In this document: positions 26,306-40,158 of the stretch, piece after piece
How the letters are laid out: each line of letters opens with the position of its first letter
Numbering within the stretch: the first letter of the stretch is position 1
Assembly: GCA_051362555.1 (NCBI GenBank)
Contig: CM120648.1
Coordinates: 9,420,587-9,484,586 of the forward strand
DNA length: 64,000 bases
Direction of reading: 5' to 3'
Source of the DNA: Lingula anatina
Lineage: Eukaryota > Animalia > Brachiopoda
Notes under the pieces: generated by a model
Told to the model about the DNA's origin: nothing
Seen by the model: only the letters and a program-made list of their open reading frames with translations
Databases searched by the model: none
Translations under genes and position numbers: made by a program

Positions 26306-29150
26306 AAAAAATTAAACGAAACTTACCTGTAAGTTGATGTTTGATTGTAATTCTATGGGACAATTGTAGGTGAGGAGATGAATTGAGAATGTACAGTGCA
26401 CATGGGCGTCAGGTTTTAAAGCATTTTTGCATGATTTCTTCAGAAGTTTAATATTAAACTTCATTCTCTAATAATAATCTGCATTGGTATTCTCATATAA
26501 GTTACGTAATTAGGGAGGGTGGGAGAGGCATTTCATCTCTTCACCTATAATTGTCTCGTAGAATTACAATCAAACATCAACTTACAGGTAAGTTTCGGTT
26601 AATTTTTTTAATTCTATATGAAACAATTATATTGGTTCGTCATGAAATGAGACTTTAAAGCACAAATCATGCAAAAATAAAACATGAAATCATGTTTCAA
26701 TTAAAACTTTATTGGTTATCAAACACATAATTAAGCAGTTTATAAATGAACTGACTTAAGAACTTTCCTTATCCAATTTAAGTACAGTTTTCACTACTGT
26801 GTCCTTTTTGACTATTTCTCTGTCATCTCAATGATGCCATAAAAATGTTGTTTGATAGTTCTGAAAACCCCCAGTCTCTAAAAGACTTCCTGATAACTTG
26901 CAACATCATTTTAATGAATAGAGAATGAACTTTCTCTGAATGCTGCAGCATCAACCGCCGCCGCTAAAATCAAAGAAGTTTTGACCAGCATCTGCATTAG
27001 CAACAACATTTTAGCTACCATATTTTTGTCCACAGTTGTAGGCCCTACCACCATAACAGCTCTTGCTTCGTCTTATTTTATTTTCTACAGCCACCTCTTG
27101 ATAAGGCTGAAAGGAGTAAAAACATCACAAAGGTCAAAATTTTTCCTATTTAAACTGAAAACATCAATAAATGTGTCATCAGGATCTGGTGTACGAGAAC
27201 ATAATTTTTCTACTTTCTTGTATATCCTTGTTGCAAATAAGTCTGTAATATTCACATACCTAGGTGAATATAACATTATGTAATTGCCACTCAATGTTAT
27301 CCTTAAATCTTTGTGAAGACTCACTGGCTTCATTTTAAATATCTGGTATATTAGAACACGATTCAACAATTATACACCAAATTCAAATTTGTTTGCAGAG
27401 TTCATCATATTTAGGAGATCCAATGCTCCAAAAATTACTTCTGTATGCATCAGCAGTAGAGGAATCAGTTAATACTTTTATATATATCCTTATTATCTGT
27501 GATAAAAAAAGACTTCAAAGCAAACAGATTTATAAGACATTTATGGGACATTTTTGCTCCATCTACCACCTATTTCAATGTCATTCATGACTGTATCCTA
27601 GCCAAGCATGCTATTAGTCTGTATTTATAAGCTTGAGATTTTCTCTACGAATATCTTGTACCCGAGTTTCTATATTTTCTATCCACCAATGAAGTTCCTA
27701 CTTCATATAAATTGTAATATGCATCTTAGCATTAAATTTGCATTTATTCAGTTTAAATGCACATATTTTTTCCTTTCCCAGTTCTCTGTTATAAATGTCC
27801 CTTAACTGCTGAAAAGAGGTGACCAAAAGTCCAATTACTTGAGCCACTAGTCTGATTGTTTCAAATTCACAAATATGCAGTTTAAAGGTGCATTCCCAGA
27901 GATTTACATTTAGATCGACCGAACTCCCTGTGGGGTTCACGCTAAATGGCAGTCAGCCGAGCGCAGACCATAGTTAATTACCCCCTTAAAGCTTTAAGTA
28001 GGCAAGACAGACGCTTAAGCCGGCTAAGCTGACAGTAATGTAGTGAGACTCCCCACAGGGATAGATCGATCTAAAATCTATGGGAATGGGGTCTAAAACA
28101 ATGCATCCTTGATTTTACTCTATCTACCATAAGTTAATATGCAAACATCCTTTCAGAGTCAATTACATCTCTGAAACAAGTACTCTGCTCTGATGGTAAA
28201 TCCTAGCCTAGATAGCCAACTGATAGTGGCATGAGCATTTCTCATACAAGTTTGCTCACTCGTGTCAGCACCTAACAGAATATCATCAATGTATAAGGTG
28301 CAAATGTAAGCTTCATTGCGTAACCTAGAATACACAAGTTTCATTAACCTGGTTAAGAGGCGCAGATCCATTCGGCATTGCCCTGTACTGAAATTTTGTT
28401 TCAAAATGTCAAGAATATATGTCATGCATAATTGTTTCCCATTGAGAGGAGAAGTATTTCAATCTAACTCCCACTTTATGATGCAAGGGCAATATACTTA
28501 CGCTATTTATTTTGGGTCCTTGGCTTAGGTTCAATGCCATGGGTCATCTGATACCCTGAGAACTTTTCAGTGTATCTGCCTTGCTGTATTCCAGCATACT
28601 TGGTTTGTCCAGTGTATTGTTTTTACTGGGTCTATAGGTTCCTTTATGAACCTCTCTTCGGCCTTGAATTGTATTCCTACTATTTTGGCTGAGTATTTCA
28701 AATCTCTAGCCATTTGAGAGACATCTCCAAACAGTTCGGTAGTGAACGGTACAGCAGGATTACATGAATGACTGTGGTCATTGTTTCGTAGATATCTGTC
28801 AATTACAGTGCCCAAAGAGGACCAATGCATCTTTGCATAAATCCAATACATTATATGCCTCCACTGGAAAGTCATACACAGACTTCGGAAAAAATCAAGT
28901 TCAGCTTTCTTACTAGCTGCTTGAGTGATAGGTATGGAGCCTTGTACCAAAGACGCCATTTTGTCCATGTGCCTGCTATGAGGCGTGCATAACTTGTTGA
29001 AATGGACTCTGGAGAGTGCTTGGCAATGCTCTGGTCTCGAAATATTCTCAGTCATCTTCTGAGAATTCTCAGTCATCTTCTGAGGATGCTCAGCCAACTA
29101 TCAGTGACAGACTAGCTGAAACTGTCGGTACGATCGGTCATGAAAATGTG
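26306..29150 (-). mobile_element. decayed DIRS-type tyrosine-recombinase retrotransposon
   Basis: Gag-like 28567-29097; RT with YIDD (28159-28425); methyltransferase-like fragment DVFSLN...FTPFSLI (27085-27369); 3' inverted repeat 26306-26382 / 26532-26607 typical of a DIRS ITR/ICR end. Confidence 0.75.
27886..28093. mobile_element. Harbinger-type MITE inside the DIRS relic
   Basis: ggtgcattccca...tgggaatgg ends, TAA flanks; sister copy at 30471-30682. Confidence 0.7.
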
Positions 29151-29229
29151 AAAAATAAGTGGTCACTGATCCAATGTTAATTGTCTTAACTGATTCTTGA
29201 ATAAAATCACTTAAAATGTAGCACTGGGA

Positions 29230-31130
29230 ACTTTGTATTTTGTTCACTGGCTGAAATGTCTGTTTTCACGTTCTCTTGTACGTTTTCTTCTTCTTCCTCT
29301 TCATCAGGGGGAATGTACAGTACACACTGTCTGGAATATTTGAAGCATTTCTGCTGATCTTGTGATTTGCATGTTTTGTAGTGGTCATGCTTCCATTCTT
29401 GTTTTCAACAGTGTATGGTACAGGTTTAAATGGAGTAGATAGTTTGTTTTTCTTTGGTTGTGAAACAAGTACTTTATCTCCTATCTTCAGATCTGACTGT
29501 TGGGAATTCTTGTCAGCATACTGCTTGATTTTCTCTTTCTTGTACTTGTCCATGTTTCTGATTCTGTTATCATTGTGTTGTGGAATGTCTCTGCTAATCT
29601 CGATCTGGTAGCATAGTTTTCATTTTCCTGTTGTTAAGAGCTTCACTTGGAGATACACCTGTGGTGCTGTGTGGTGTAGCTCTGTATTGTCTCAAAAATC
29701 TGAATAATTCCTGTTTCCAATTCAATCCTTCTGTGTGCGCTGTATGGATTGCTTTTCTTAATGTTCGCATGAATCTTTCAGCCTTGCCATTTGCCTGCGG
29801 CCACACTGGAGTAATTAACCTGTGTCTGAAACCTAGAAACTTGGCAAAATTCTGAAAATCTTGGCCATTGAAAGGAGGATCGTTGTCTGTTTTGACAATG
29901 TCTGGAATGCCTTGTCTTTAAAATATGGCATCTAGCTTAGGAATACGTAGTAGATTTTACTGAAGCTGAATGCACTATGTCTACCTCTGGAAAGCAACTG
30001 TAGTCATCAATAACAAGAAGTAAACTATGTCCACTCAGAAATGGTCCAACAAAGTCAACTGAAACTTCTATCCATGGTTCACTGGGTAACTTTGTCATCT
30101 GAAGTGATTCTTGCCTGGGTTTAACACTGTCATCTATCTGAAGCTTTACCTTCTCCTCTCTCATTTTGTCAACCCCTACAGGCAGATCTTCAAACTCTGC
30201 TTGTTCCGTTTCCACTGTTGTATGCACTGAATATGTGATATGCATTAAGTCTAGTTCATTTGCAGTTTTGTAGCTTAGAAGATTTCTCGTTCTTCCTTTG
30301 ACTACATGAAGGTTTGCTTGAGTTACTTTACTTCTACACTGAAGTGTTGTATTCACTGTTCCAATCACTTTCAAAGCATCACTTGATCCATACGTATATA
30401 TCTTGGATTTTGATTTCTCAATGTCAAGTTTTTCATGTCAGCACAATTTATCATATGTGTGTGAGTCTATGAGTGCATTCCCAGGGATTTAGATAGATCC
30501 ATCTGGATCAACCTAACTCCCTGGGGGATCACGCTAAATTGCTGTCAGCCGAGCGTGCACGTCAATTAATTACCCACTTACAGCTTTTAGTAGGCGGGAC
30601 AGACATTTAAACCGGTTAAACTGACACCTAGTAAGACTCCCCAGGGGGATAGATCGATCTAAATATCTATGGATATGGCGCCAATGATGTTCACTGAAGC
30701 ACCAAAGTCTAACATCATGTCTATTTTTTCAGTGTCATTTATGTATACTTTACACTTTGGAAGAGAATCTGGTTCGTGTATCGTGTAAATGTACTCGCTG
30801 TCACTTTCCATGACTCAGACTGTACATACATTTGACCTCATCACTTCTTTTTCACTTTTGCAAAGTCTCCAAAATGATTTTGTTTACCACATTTGTGACA
30901 ATTTTTCTCTTTCGCTGGGCATTCTTCTTTGTGTGGATACAGTTGAAGCATTTCCTAGCTTTCCTTGGCTTTACTGACTGATGCTTTGTTACTCTACTAG
31001 CGTGTTTACTTTGTCCAGTTTGTTTTGAGAATGAAATTTCTGATGCTTTCTTACTGCATTTGTCTGTTGTGACTCGAACTCACCCCTTTCTACGTTTTGT
31101 GCCTGTTGCTCACTTATCACAACAACGTCT
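29230..31130 (-). mobile_element. decayed Gypsy/Ty3 LTR-retrotransposon internal region (RT largely deleted)
   Basis: Zn knuckle CPAKEKNCHKCGKQNHF (~30870-30922); protease motif MLDFGASVNII (~30683-30720); integrase PWIEVSVDFVGP...IDDYS and WPQANGKAERFMRTL...YRATPHSTTGVSP. Confidence 0.88.
30471..30682. mobile_element. Harbinger-type MITE interrupting the Gypsy protease
   Basis: Homologous to 27886-28093; splits ...ASVNI / IDSHTYDKL. Confidence 0.7.
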
Positions 31131-31580
31131 CTATTATTATTAAAATTTCAGCAAGTTTTAGTTGCGAACACGTGGGATTTTAACTAATGTCTCTGAGCAA
31201 CTTTCTACTATGTGCGTACAGCAAGACAGATGGGAAGTAGGCGGAGCTTCCTTGTCTCCACGAAAACCTCGGCTTGAGTCAGCCATGCTGTAATGAGACC
31301 TACAAGGAAGGTCATGTGAACCTTTTTCCGCTATTTTAATTGGTTTAAAGGGTCAAATGTCAAGACTAATCCTTTTAATATTTGGGCAAAACATAAACAC
31401 AGCCAGATATGCTGTGGCACATTTTTTTGTGGGCATTCGTTACGTAACTGTTTATCTTCTTGCACAGTGAAAAGTGAGTAAAACGATGATTTTTACAAGC
31501 AGTGAAACGACACTCGACAACAGATAGTTGCTCATTTCTAGAAAATGTTAAATGTAGGTCTATGTGACCTAAACACGTAC

Positions 31581-31723
31581 CAAAACAGCCTTTCAAGTAC
31601 TCGTACAATTCTACTGTGGTTTTGAAGCCAACTATCATCGAACCAGATATCACGTAATCTATCGATGCGCTGGAGCAATTCATGATCCAACCAGCCATGT
31701 TCTGCAATTTGCCAATGCCTTTG
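31581..31723 (-). CDS. candidate internal exon (KGIGKLQNMAGWIMNCSSASIDYVISGSMIVGFKTTVELYEYLKGCF)
   Basis: Polypyrimidine tract + ttcag acceptor, g|gtacgt donor, phase 2 to 1; compatible with both the 48049 donor and the 19988 acceptor. Confidence 0.45.
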
Positions 31724-34700
31724 CTGAAGAAACTTAAAAGAGAAAAGATATAAATATAATATACTTTCCTCGACATCAATACTTTTCCAATTGTAAATCA
31801 AGCACAAATATGGTACTTTCTCTGACTCATTGCTGTTAAAATATAACGAATGTAGATATTTCGATTTGAACAATTATCCATTCATACAGTACTAAAGACG
31901 TACACTGTCACACCTAGCGCATATTACTAACGTGGTAGAAAAATTGACCATGCGCAGCCAAGCACGAGAGGGTCGTTAGATCTTGGACATGATAATGAAT
32001 TTTGTCCGTGGTTAGATTTACTTAGTACGGCGTTCACGTCTCGAGTTCGCAGTTAAACACTGGTGTACTGGTACATTCATATACCCTTGATCATGTTCAA
32101 AAACAATTTCATACGCTGCTTGTTTCTTGATTTTTTAAATGTATTTAAATGCACTAGAATCAGGGTGATTTCATATCCTCAAAGTTGGGCATATAATTTG
32201 TATCACATACTATACTCATACATGCCCGTACCTCTTCGCGCTAGTTGACAGAGCCTTTAGTTCTGCTAACTAAAACATATTTCAAAATAATTATCGCATT
32301 AACAGAAGACTGTAGACGATAGACGATGTGTAGACGATGTGTAGACGATACGCTATCTGTGTACAAGAAGTACTTGAGCATCCTGATTTTAAAAATAGGT
32401 AGGCTAGAATTTCATTAGTTGGTTTAAGCTCAGCGTTTAATACCACAATCCCAAGGAAATTGTACTTTAAACCTTGAAAGTTGCTGAAAGTTGGCCTTAA
32501 TTTGTCAGACACAATATTTTTAAACAATGGCACACCTTTTGGTTGCATATTATCAACTTAATCCTCGGTCACAACCCGCCGTGCGGGCTCTTATGGTCTG
32601 TTTGCGTCCAAATTTTGCGCAGCGAATCTCACTTGCAACTCAAAGATTTTACGAATTATCTGCGAACAGCTAGGTTGCAAACGTAACTTGCTTCACTCGC
32701 AAGGAGTTCGCAAGTGGGACACGCCTGATCCAAGATGCACGTCGCAAGCAATGAAGGAGCAATCGCCCTATGCGTGTGGATTACGGCGCACGCCCTCACA
32801 ACTAACGATCAAAGTCGAAAGCACCTTAGAAGTGTGTGGGACACCCCTACACAAGGAGTATAAAAGGTGTACTCATGCCGCATGCTCATGTCTCGACGAT
32901 TGTGCAACCTGTACAACAACTTTCAAAATTTTCGAATTTTGCTTAATTTTGCCAAGGAGTTATAACAGAAGGAGATTACACGCAAGCCTCTCTATTGTCC
33001 GATGTCTGTTACGGTGGGCGGAGCTAGCTACGGGGGGGCCTCCTGTCTCAAGGTTTCGTCTGGGTCGCTCTCCTCCGCTTGGAGATTGATTTTATATGCG
33101 TTATTTCGCGTTAGAATTCGAGATTAGTAGTGTCAAAGCGGCGCTGTATGCTGACGATTTTTTTCACCGGTAGTTATCTGGACGATGTGCTGGGAGGGAA
33201 CGATATCATACAAAGCGATTATAAGGTGGTGACTGAGGATGGTCGCCATGAGTTTTTTTGTTTTTTTTTTTTTGAGTCGGTGATAGATGGTTTTTCTTTT
33301 GCACAACACAGTGAAAAATCACCAAGGATAAGTCAAAAGAAAACGTCCCAACTGTGGTTTGTGAAAATGACATTCAAGTGAACGTTTGGACCCCCCTGCC
33401 CTTTGGTCCCATAAACATTGAGACAGTGCCTAAGCTTTGTGACTGGTTTTAAATTTCTTTAAGTATTTTTTTCTCTCACTCGGTATAATTTTAATATCAT
33501 AATGCATTAAAGTGAAATTTTAATCAAAGGTTGAGGCAATGCCACATGTCAGTTTACTAAATACTCGTTATAAATTTCTTTATCTTGGAAATCTCCCTTT
33601 TTATTTTCAGGATTATTTTGACACATACTAACACTTCTTATTTGTTGGTAAACAAGTGCATTGTGCTAAACATTAAGAATAATTTTTATTCATTCATAAA
33701 TATATTTATGTACAAAATATATCAGAAATTTTAGTATTAACTGAGCTCTTTAAAGTGAAACAAATAAAGATGAGAATTTTGAATTTCAAACTATTACTAT
33801 ATTAACTTAAAATATCTTTTAAGTCAACTCTATACTCAAGCATCATGATAGTAGCATCTGTGAGTAAAACCATTTTATTATATCAATAGAAGAACAAAAA
33901 CAAAATTTTAAACATAAGCAGTAATTAATGAAGTCATAAGAATGATTAAGTTGCTATAGTTTTCCAGTTTTATGCAGTCTGTGTTGGAATTTTTTTTCAA
34001 CCATGCAAATAGAAATAATTATATTCTTTTTTATCTGACTTGCTGATACCAGTCTGTGCCAGATACTATTCCACTCACAGGCCAGCAAGGTCTGAGAATC
34101 TAATGGGCTGAATGAAAAAAAAACCCTAGAAGATAAAAGTGGCTAATTCTTACAAATAGGATAAAAAACATGGGATTTTAAAAAGGTTATTATAAATCAA
34201 GACAACACTTAGTAAGAACATTTATAAAATGAACTGGAGTACATGTTACAGCTGAAAAAATTAACTGGGCCAGTAAGTGACTGCTTTAAAGAAATTTCAC
34301 TGAAACAGTCCAAATTTTACTGGCAATCGATCAAGTAGACTGTTATACCATGGCACTCAACAAATTATATATAGGTTTTGAATTTTTTTCCACGTGACAG
34401 TAACATAAATTTTATGTCAACTTTTGAAATGTATAGAGTCAGTTAGGTGACTGAAAATATTTTAAAATGTCATGAAGGAGCACTATTAATTTAATGCAAT
34501 CTCTGTTGGCCAGTCTTATCCAGTTTCTTCTCCAAAAAGGACAACTCAAGTGAGAATTTCTTCAGGGCCTTTTCTTCTGCCTGCCAATGCCATGCCACTC
34601 AGAAGAGAGAAACCTGTAGGTTAGAAAAAAAAAAAAAAACATAATAATAGCATTATGAACTACTAGTATCCGTGTAGACATTACGGAATTACGCAGTGAA

Positions 34701-35595
34701 GTTTAATGTGTCTTGTTATGACTTGACTGAAATAATGTTCACCACATAAATGAACAATTTACAACTAAATTTATGTAGAATATCAAGATTCATGATCACA
34801 AGCTAATAACCCCAAGAAATTGAAAGAAATTGTACTTATTACAAGAAATTATTTAAATTCGGCCTGGTTCCTACTCTTCTGACAGGACAAAAAGGGGATT
34901 TCATAGAGGCTGGTTGCTAAAAGGAAAATGCCCAAGGTTGTTGTATTTTGAAATAAATTAAAAAGGGTACTGTTGTTAGTGAATGTTTAATGCATCTTAG
35001 GCATTATGACAAAAGTAACTCACCCGAGACACGCTGACCTCCTTTTTTCATTGACATTTTAAAATTTTTTCCAGCCTGACCATAATTCATATTTTCAATG
35101 CAGCCTTCTCCCATATCTATAATAGAAGAAAAAAAACTTGAGTAGTGTTAAGATATGCATGTAAAATTCATTATCAATTTTGAGAGAATTTCTGTTTCAA
35201 CACTGCAAGATGAAATATTTACTTTCAAGTAATGAATAAACCTTAATAGAGTTCTATTCTTTTGTAACCACCAAGGCAAAGCTTCTTTCTTAAAATGAAC
35301 TGAAACATCCAAGCTTGCCACCTAACATGCCAAAGTAGTGAAGTATAATTAAAGTAGAGAAGCAAGTACCCCTTAATAATAGAGGTGCCTTACACAATAA
35401 GGTGTGTCTTACACACCTTGACTCAAAGGGAGATGTGTAGTAAGATAACAGGTAAAGTAATTGGTGGAGCCTAGGTGAACTTAAAACCTTAAGACTTTAA
35501 ATTAAGAAGCACCAGGATTCATGGGTGTTCTTTTTTCAAAGGTTTAATATGAATTAAAACATATATATGTAAAAAGAAGACTAAATAAGTTTAAA

Positions 35596-37995
35596 ACTAG
35601 AGGATCAGAGAGGCGATACCGCCTCCGGATATTGTACCACCAGCTGGAGTAAGTGCATTCGTATGGAACCCCCCCCCCCAAAAAAAAGGGACACCATCAC
35701 CAGTCTTGTGCTTGACAAGCTTTATAAAATGCAATCAACAAGAGTTCTCAAAATATGCCAAAAAATATGAATCAAAATGGTACAATCAAGCAGATTTTCG
35801 AACCGACCTGCATTTTCCTACCATTGATCACTCCTGTGATTCTCTAGACAAAAGGCCTATTGGTTTTCCTTAAAATGTGTTGTCAGTGGTGCATATATGC
35901 TGACAAAAGAGAAAACTTAGGGGCAACACCGGGCACATCTCTGCTAGTTTTAAAGATATGAGGAGCAAGAAAATATGCAAAGCTCAGTTCATGGTGAAAA
36001 AGTAGGTCAAAGTCAATTTCAACATCATAGTATATGAATTTCTATTCAAGTTCAATAGTAACCATGGGCATTTCTTTTCAAGTTTTGCAGATTTAAAGGC
36101 CAGAAAACATGCAAAAAGCAGTTCATCATAAAATTTAGGTCAAAGGTCAATTTCAAGGTCACAGTTAGATTGCCAGTGTATTACTTCCTATTCAAGTTCA
36201 ATAGTAACTATGGACCTTTCTCTGCCAGTTTTGGAGATAAAAGGGAATGGAAATTTGCAAAGTTCAGTTCATGGTAAAAAGTAGGTCAAAGGTTAATTTT
36301 AAGGTCACAGTAAATTGCCAGTATATGACTTCCTATCCAAGTTCAATAGTAATTATGGGCATATCTTTTCCAGTTTTGAAAGTATAAGCATTAAAAAAGT
36401 TGCAAAGTGCAGTTTATGGTGTAAAGTAGGTCAAAGGTCAATTTCAAGGTCACAGATAAATTGCCAGTATGTGACTTCCTATTCAACTTCAATAGTAACT
36501 ATAGACCTATCTCTGCCAGTTTTGGAAATAAAAGGGAACCAAAATTTGCAAAGTTCAATTCATGATGAAAATTAGGTCAAAGGTCAATTTAAAGGTCACT
36601 CCTAGATTGCCAGTATATGACTTCCTATTCAAGTTCAATGGTAACTATGGACCTATCTCTGCCAGTTTTGGAGATAAAAGGGAACAAAATTTTGCAAAGT
36701 TCAGTTCATGGTAAAAAGTAGGTCAAAGGTCAATTTTAAGGTCACAGTAAATTGCCAGTATGTGACTTCCTATTCAAGTTCAATAGTAACTATGGACATA
36801 TCTCTGCCAGTTTAAGAGAGAAAAGGGAACCAAAATTTGCAAAGTTCAGTTCATGGTGTAAAGTAGGTCAGAGGTCAATTTCAAGGTCACAGTTTGATTG
36901 CCAGTATATGACTTCCTATTGAAGTTCAATAGTAACTAATGGCGTATCTCTGCCAGTTTTTGAGATATAAGGGAGAGAAAATTTGCAAAGTTCAGTTCAT
37001 GGTGAAAAGTAGGTCAGAGGTCAATTTTAAGGTCACAGTAAGATTGCCAGTATATGACTTCCTACTCAAGTTCAACAGTAGCTATGGGCGTATCTTTGCC
37101 AGTTTAAGAGATATAAGGGCTAGAAAATTTGCAAAGTTCAGTTCATGGTGAAAATAGTAAATAGTAACTATGGGCGTATATCTGCTAATTTTGTAGTATT
37201 TCACATTTTATTTTCACCACTAAATATTGGATGTTGAACTGTCGATATAGTACAATGCCTAAGCCGTATCGAAAACAAAAAACGGACACCACCTTCAGTG
37301 TTGCGCTTGACAAGCTCTACAAAATGCAAAAAACAACAGGTCTCTGGCATTAACAGTTCCAGAATTTGAGAGAGTTTTCAGTTTTGGCATCTAATGGCCG
37401 CTACTCCCGTGAAAATGCACCGATTGACCCCAAACTCACAAAGATGAAAGAAAACCCTAAGGGTAACACCTGTCCATAATATTATAAGTAAGATCTGTGA
37501 AGTTTCTGAAAATCGGCATAAAATAATAATTTTTTTGCAAAAAATTCCCATTTTTAGAAAATTTTGGCCCGTTTGACCTTGAAATAAAGGTCAAAGGTCA
37601 AATCCAAGGGCATATTTGAAATCTCCACATATGACTTTCGGTCAGCCATCTGTAGAAATTTTTCACATAATTCCTTCGGTATGGGAGATATTTAGCATTG
37701 AATTTTCAAAAATTTTGACAAGGGTGCATTATAACGAGTGCCACGCCCAGGCCAATGCACCGACTGAGACAAAAAGACCAGGGGGTTCAAGTTGAGATTA
37801 TATGTGACCAAAATCCAAGAGATGGGGACACAGGTCCTTGCGGTCTAGGAGGAGAAGCGGTAACGGTGACTTGTATCCCACGCCATCCTGCGGAGCTGCA
37901 TGAGCCGGCGGAGCCGCAGGAGCCGGCGGAGCTGTACGAGACGGGTCGGGACTATAACCATGAGTACCGCCAGCGTACACGCTGGTGGTACTAAT
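35596..37995 (-). mobile_element. Helentron-associated non-autonomous element (HINE/DINE type) with internal satellite
   Basis: One end actag + hairpin gaggcg-atac-cgcctc + subTIR gtaccaccagc; other end palindrome agtaccgccagc...gctggtggtact; second copy at 45133-46644. Confidence 0.8.
35930..37150. repeat. ~8 x 145-146-bp tandem satellite
   Basis: aggtca anchors at 36137, 36283, 36428, 36574, 36720, 36865, 37011. Confidence 0.92.
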
Positions 37996-39854
37996 AACTA
38001 TACCAAAGACACTGTGAAGTCAAACTTCCCGTTAGACCGCCATGATGGAAAATGCTGAGTGGAGGCAAAACTTTTCCAGTCAAAATAACTGAGCACCTTA
38101 CTTTAACAACAAAGTTACCACTTCAAAGCCACCCACCATGGTGAGAAGAAAATTGATGACCAACTGTCAAGATAAGTCTTTTAAGATTTAAACATGAAAA
38201 AGGTAAAGGCCAAAATGGTACATTTACCCATAACACTAGAGTAAAAAATTGGTATTCTGAACAAATCAGGTTATTTTTTTCAAGAAATATTGGAGCAGTA
38301 TCCATGCAATATATACCACGCCACGGCCAAGATGTTCAAGAATCTAAACACACCAAATTTCTTTATAATCTTGCATTTGAAAAGTACAAAAAGCGGTAAG
38401 GCTTTTGGCCGTAACAAGCGTAACACTTTTTGATCGGAACTCATGAAAATTGTCAATTGTCGTATCCAAGCTAGACCACATGTAAAATCGCAAAAAAAAC
38501 AATACTGCTCAAGCAAGTGTGTTGCACACATAACAATTAGTTAAATTTTATGACTGTCATGTGACACAAGTTTCAAAAAGTAGGAGGAAAATGTCTTTTG
38601 GAGTAATTTTTTTTCGAAATATTAACAAGATGGCGGCTTAAGCATCTGCTTGTTATTCGGCTACTGAAAGTGCACCTAAGTTTTATTCTTTGCTATTGCC
38701 ACAAATTACTTAACAATTGCAACTGTATAAAGACCAAACTTTCTTCATCTGATACTATATTTATAGGCACTTGTTATGAGTGGGAAATATTTTTCGTGCA
38801 ATATTTATTCTTCACACACCACCTCGCGAGATCAACGTGTAGCTGGACACTTACACAGTGAGACCCTACGACATAAAAGTTGCAATTTATCTTCATATTT
38901 CGTGTAGTTATGCATTTAAAAGCACTTACCTGTTTTTTGAAAACCTTGTCCAACGTAATATCATATAAATTATGTATTTCTCTCATTTTTTAGAAACTTG
39001 GGACTCCGTTTCTGTTTCTGTCCTCAAAAAATCAACAGACGAAGGCACAGATACTAACAAACGAGATTTAAACGAGATAGCAATTAAGCGTAACAGAGAT
39101 AGGCATCCATTGTTCTCTGGGTTCTATTCATTCCGACCAATGAGAGACCGTATTACGGGCTCCGCCCCCACGCGTGTAATCTCCTTCTGTTATAACTCCT
39201 TGATTTTGCTTAATTTCAATATGCCCCAAAAGGCAAGACATAACCTTAGAGAGCAGAAAAGAGGGGAGAAAGAAGAAGAAAGAAGGGAAGAACAGTAGGC
39301 AAAACTGTATGTCATCACAAGCGTGTGAGGCAAGCGTGAAGCAAAAGGGAACTACTTTCGCAGTGCGTTACTTTCTCTTCAATAGTGGTGAGCGCCTGCC
39401 ACATACGCCGGAAGCAAGACTAACTCAAGAAATGAGTACAATTTCCACGGCTATTGCACCTTGCGTCCCTAATTAAAATTAAAATCGCTAGGGCAGAATT
39501 TTTTATTTGTGCATTTTTCAGCAAAATTAAGGGCATTTTGGCAAAATCCCCATATAACGCAATGTAATAAACGTAGCTTTTTTCGGAACGCCATCTATCG
39601 AAAACGAGCTGGAGTACCCCCAATTTTTTTCATATCTTTTACTCATATGGTAAGAAGATTTTGTCTTACAATTTTTATCAAAATTGCTTGGGCAGAAATA
39701 TGAAATCTGAAATATGAGAGAGCGTCCTTAAGTGCAAGTAGTACCTGTATAGACATTTCGTGAAATATTATGCCTCCTCTGCGTCCATGACTTGGCACAT
39801 TCAAGCACTGTGCTTCAAGGTGTAGCCATCTAAATTGAGCATCTTGAAACCCAG

Positions 39855-40158
39855 GGCCCAGTTTTATAAAGGACGTTTAGCACTAACCAGTGTTTAACTC
39901 TAACCAGTGGATAAATTCTCCTAAAACCTGTAAACTATACGGCGGATAAAATTGTGTTTTATAAACAGTGTTTAAACAGTTGGTAAGTTAACTGACCTTT
40001 AAACAATTACTTTATCCAGTTTTTAACTAATTGGCTGTATGAACACTGTATATGCAACACATGTTAACCATCTTTTAGTTTATGGGTGTTAGGAGAATTT
40101 ATCCACTGGTTAGGCTTATCCACTGGTTAGTGCTAAACGTCCTTTATAAAACTGGGCC
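39855..40158. mobile_element. PIF/Harbinger-type MITE
   Basis: TIR ggcccagttttataaaggacgtttagcactaaccagtg and its inverse; 3-bp TSD CAG; removal restores the transposase reading frame. Confidence 0.9.

Larger units (their letters stand above)
34546..38986 (-). pseudogene. candidate spliced gene remnant inside the P-type element (exons 38986-38930, 35116-35024, 34916-34875, 34613-34546)
   Basis: Canonical splice sites; the last three exons are mutually in phase 1; product unrecognised. Confidence 0.35.
32953..39202. mobile_element. 6.25-kb non-autonomous P-superfamily DNA transposon
   Basis: 31-bp TIR caaggagttataacagaaggagattacacgc at 32953 with its exact reverse complement ending at 39202; 7-bp TSD attttgc on both sides. 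Confidence 0.9.

Noticed and set aside
37755-37994. 79-aa ORF repeated at 46436-46645
   Set aside because: Part of the shared Helentron-type terminal region with an 18-bp internal repeat; no evidence of coding function
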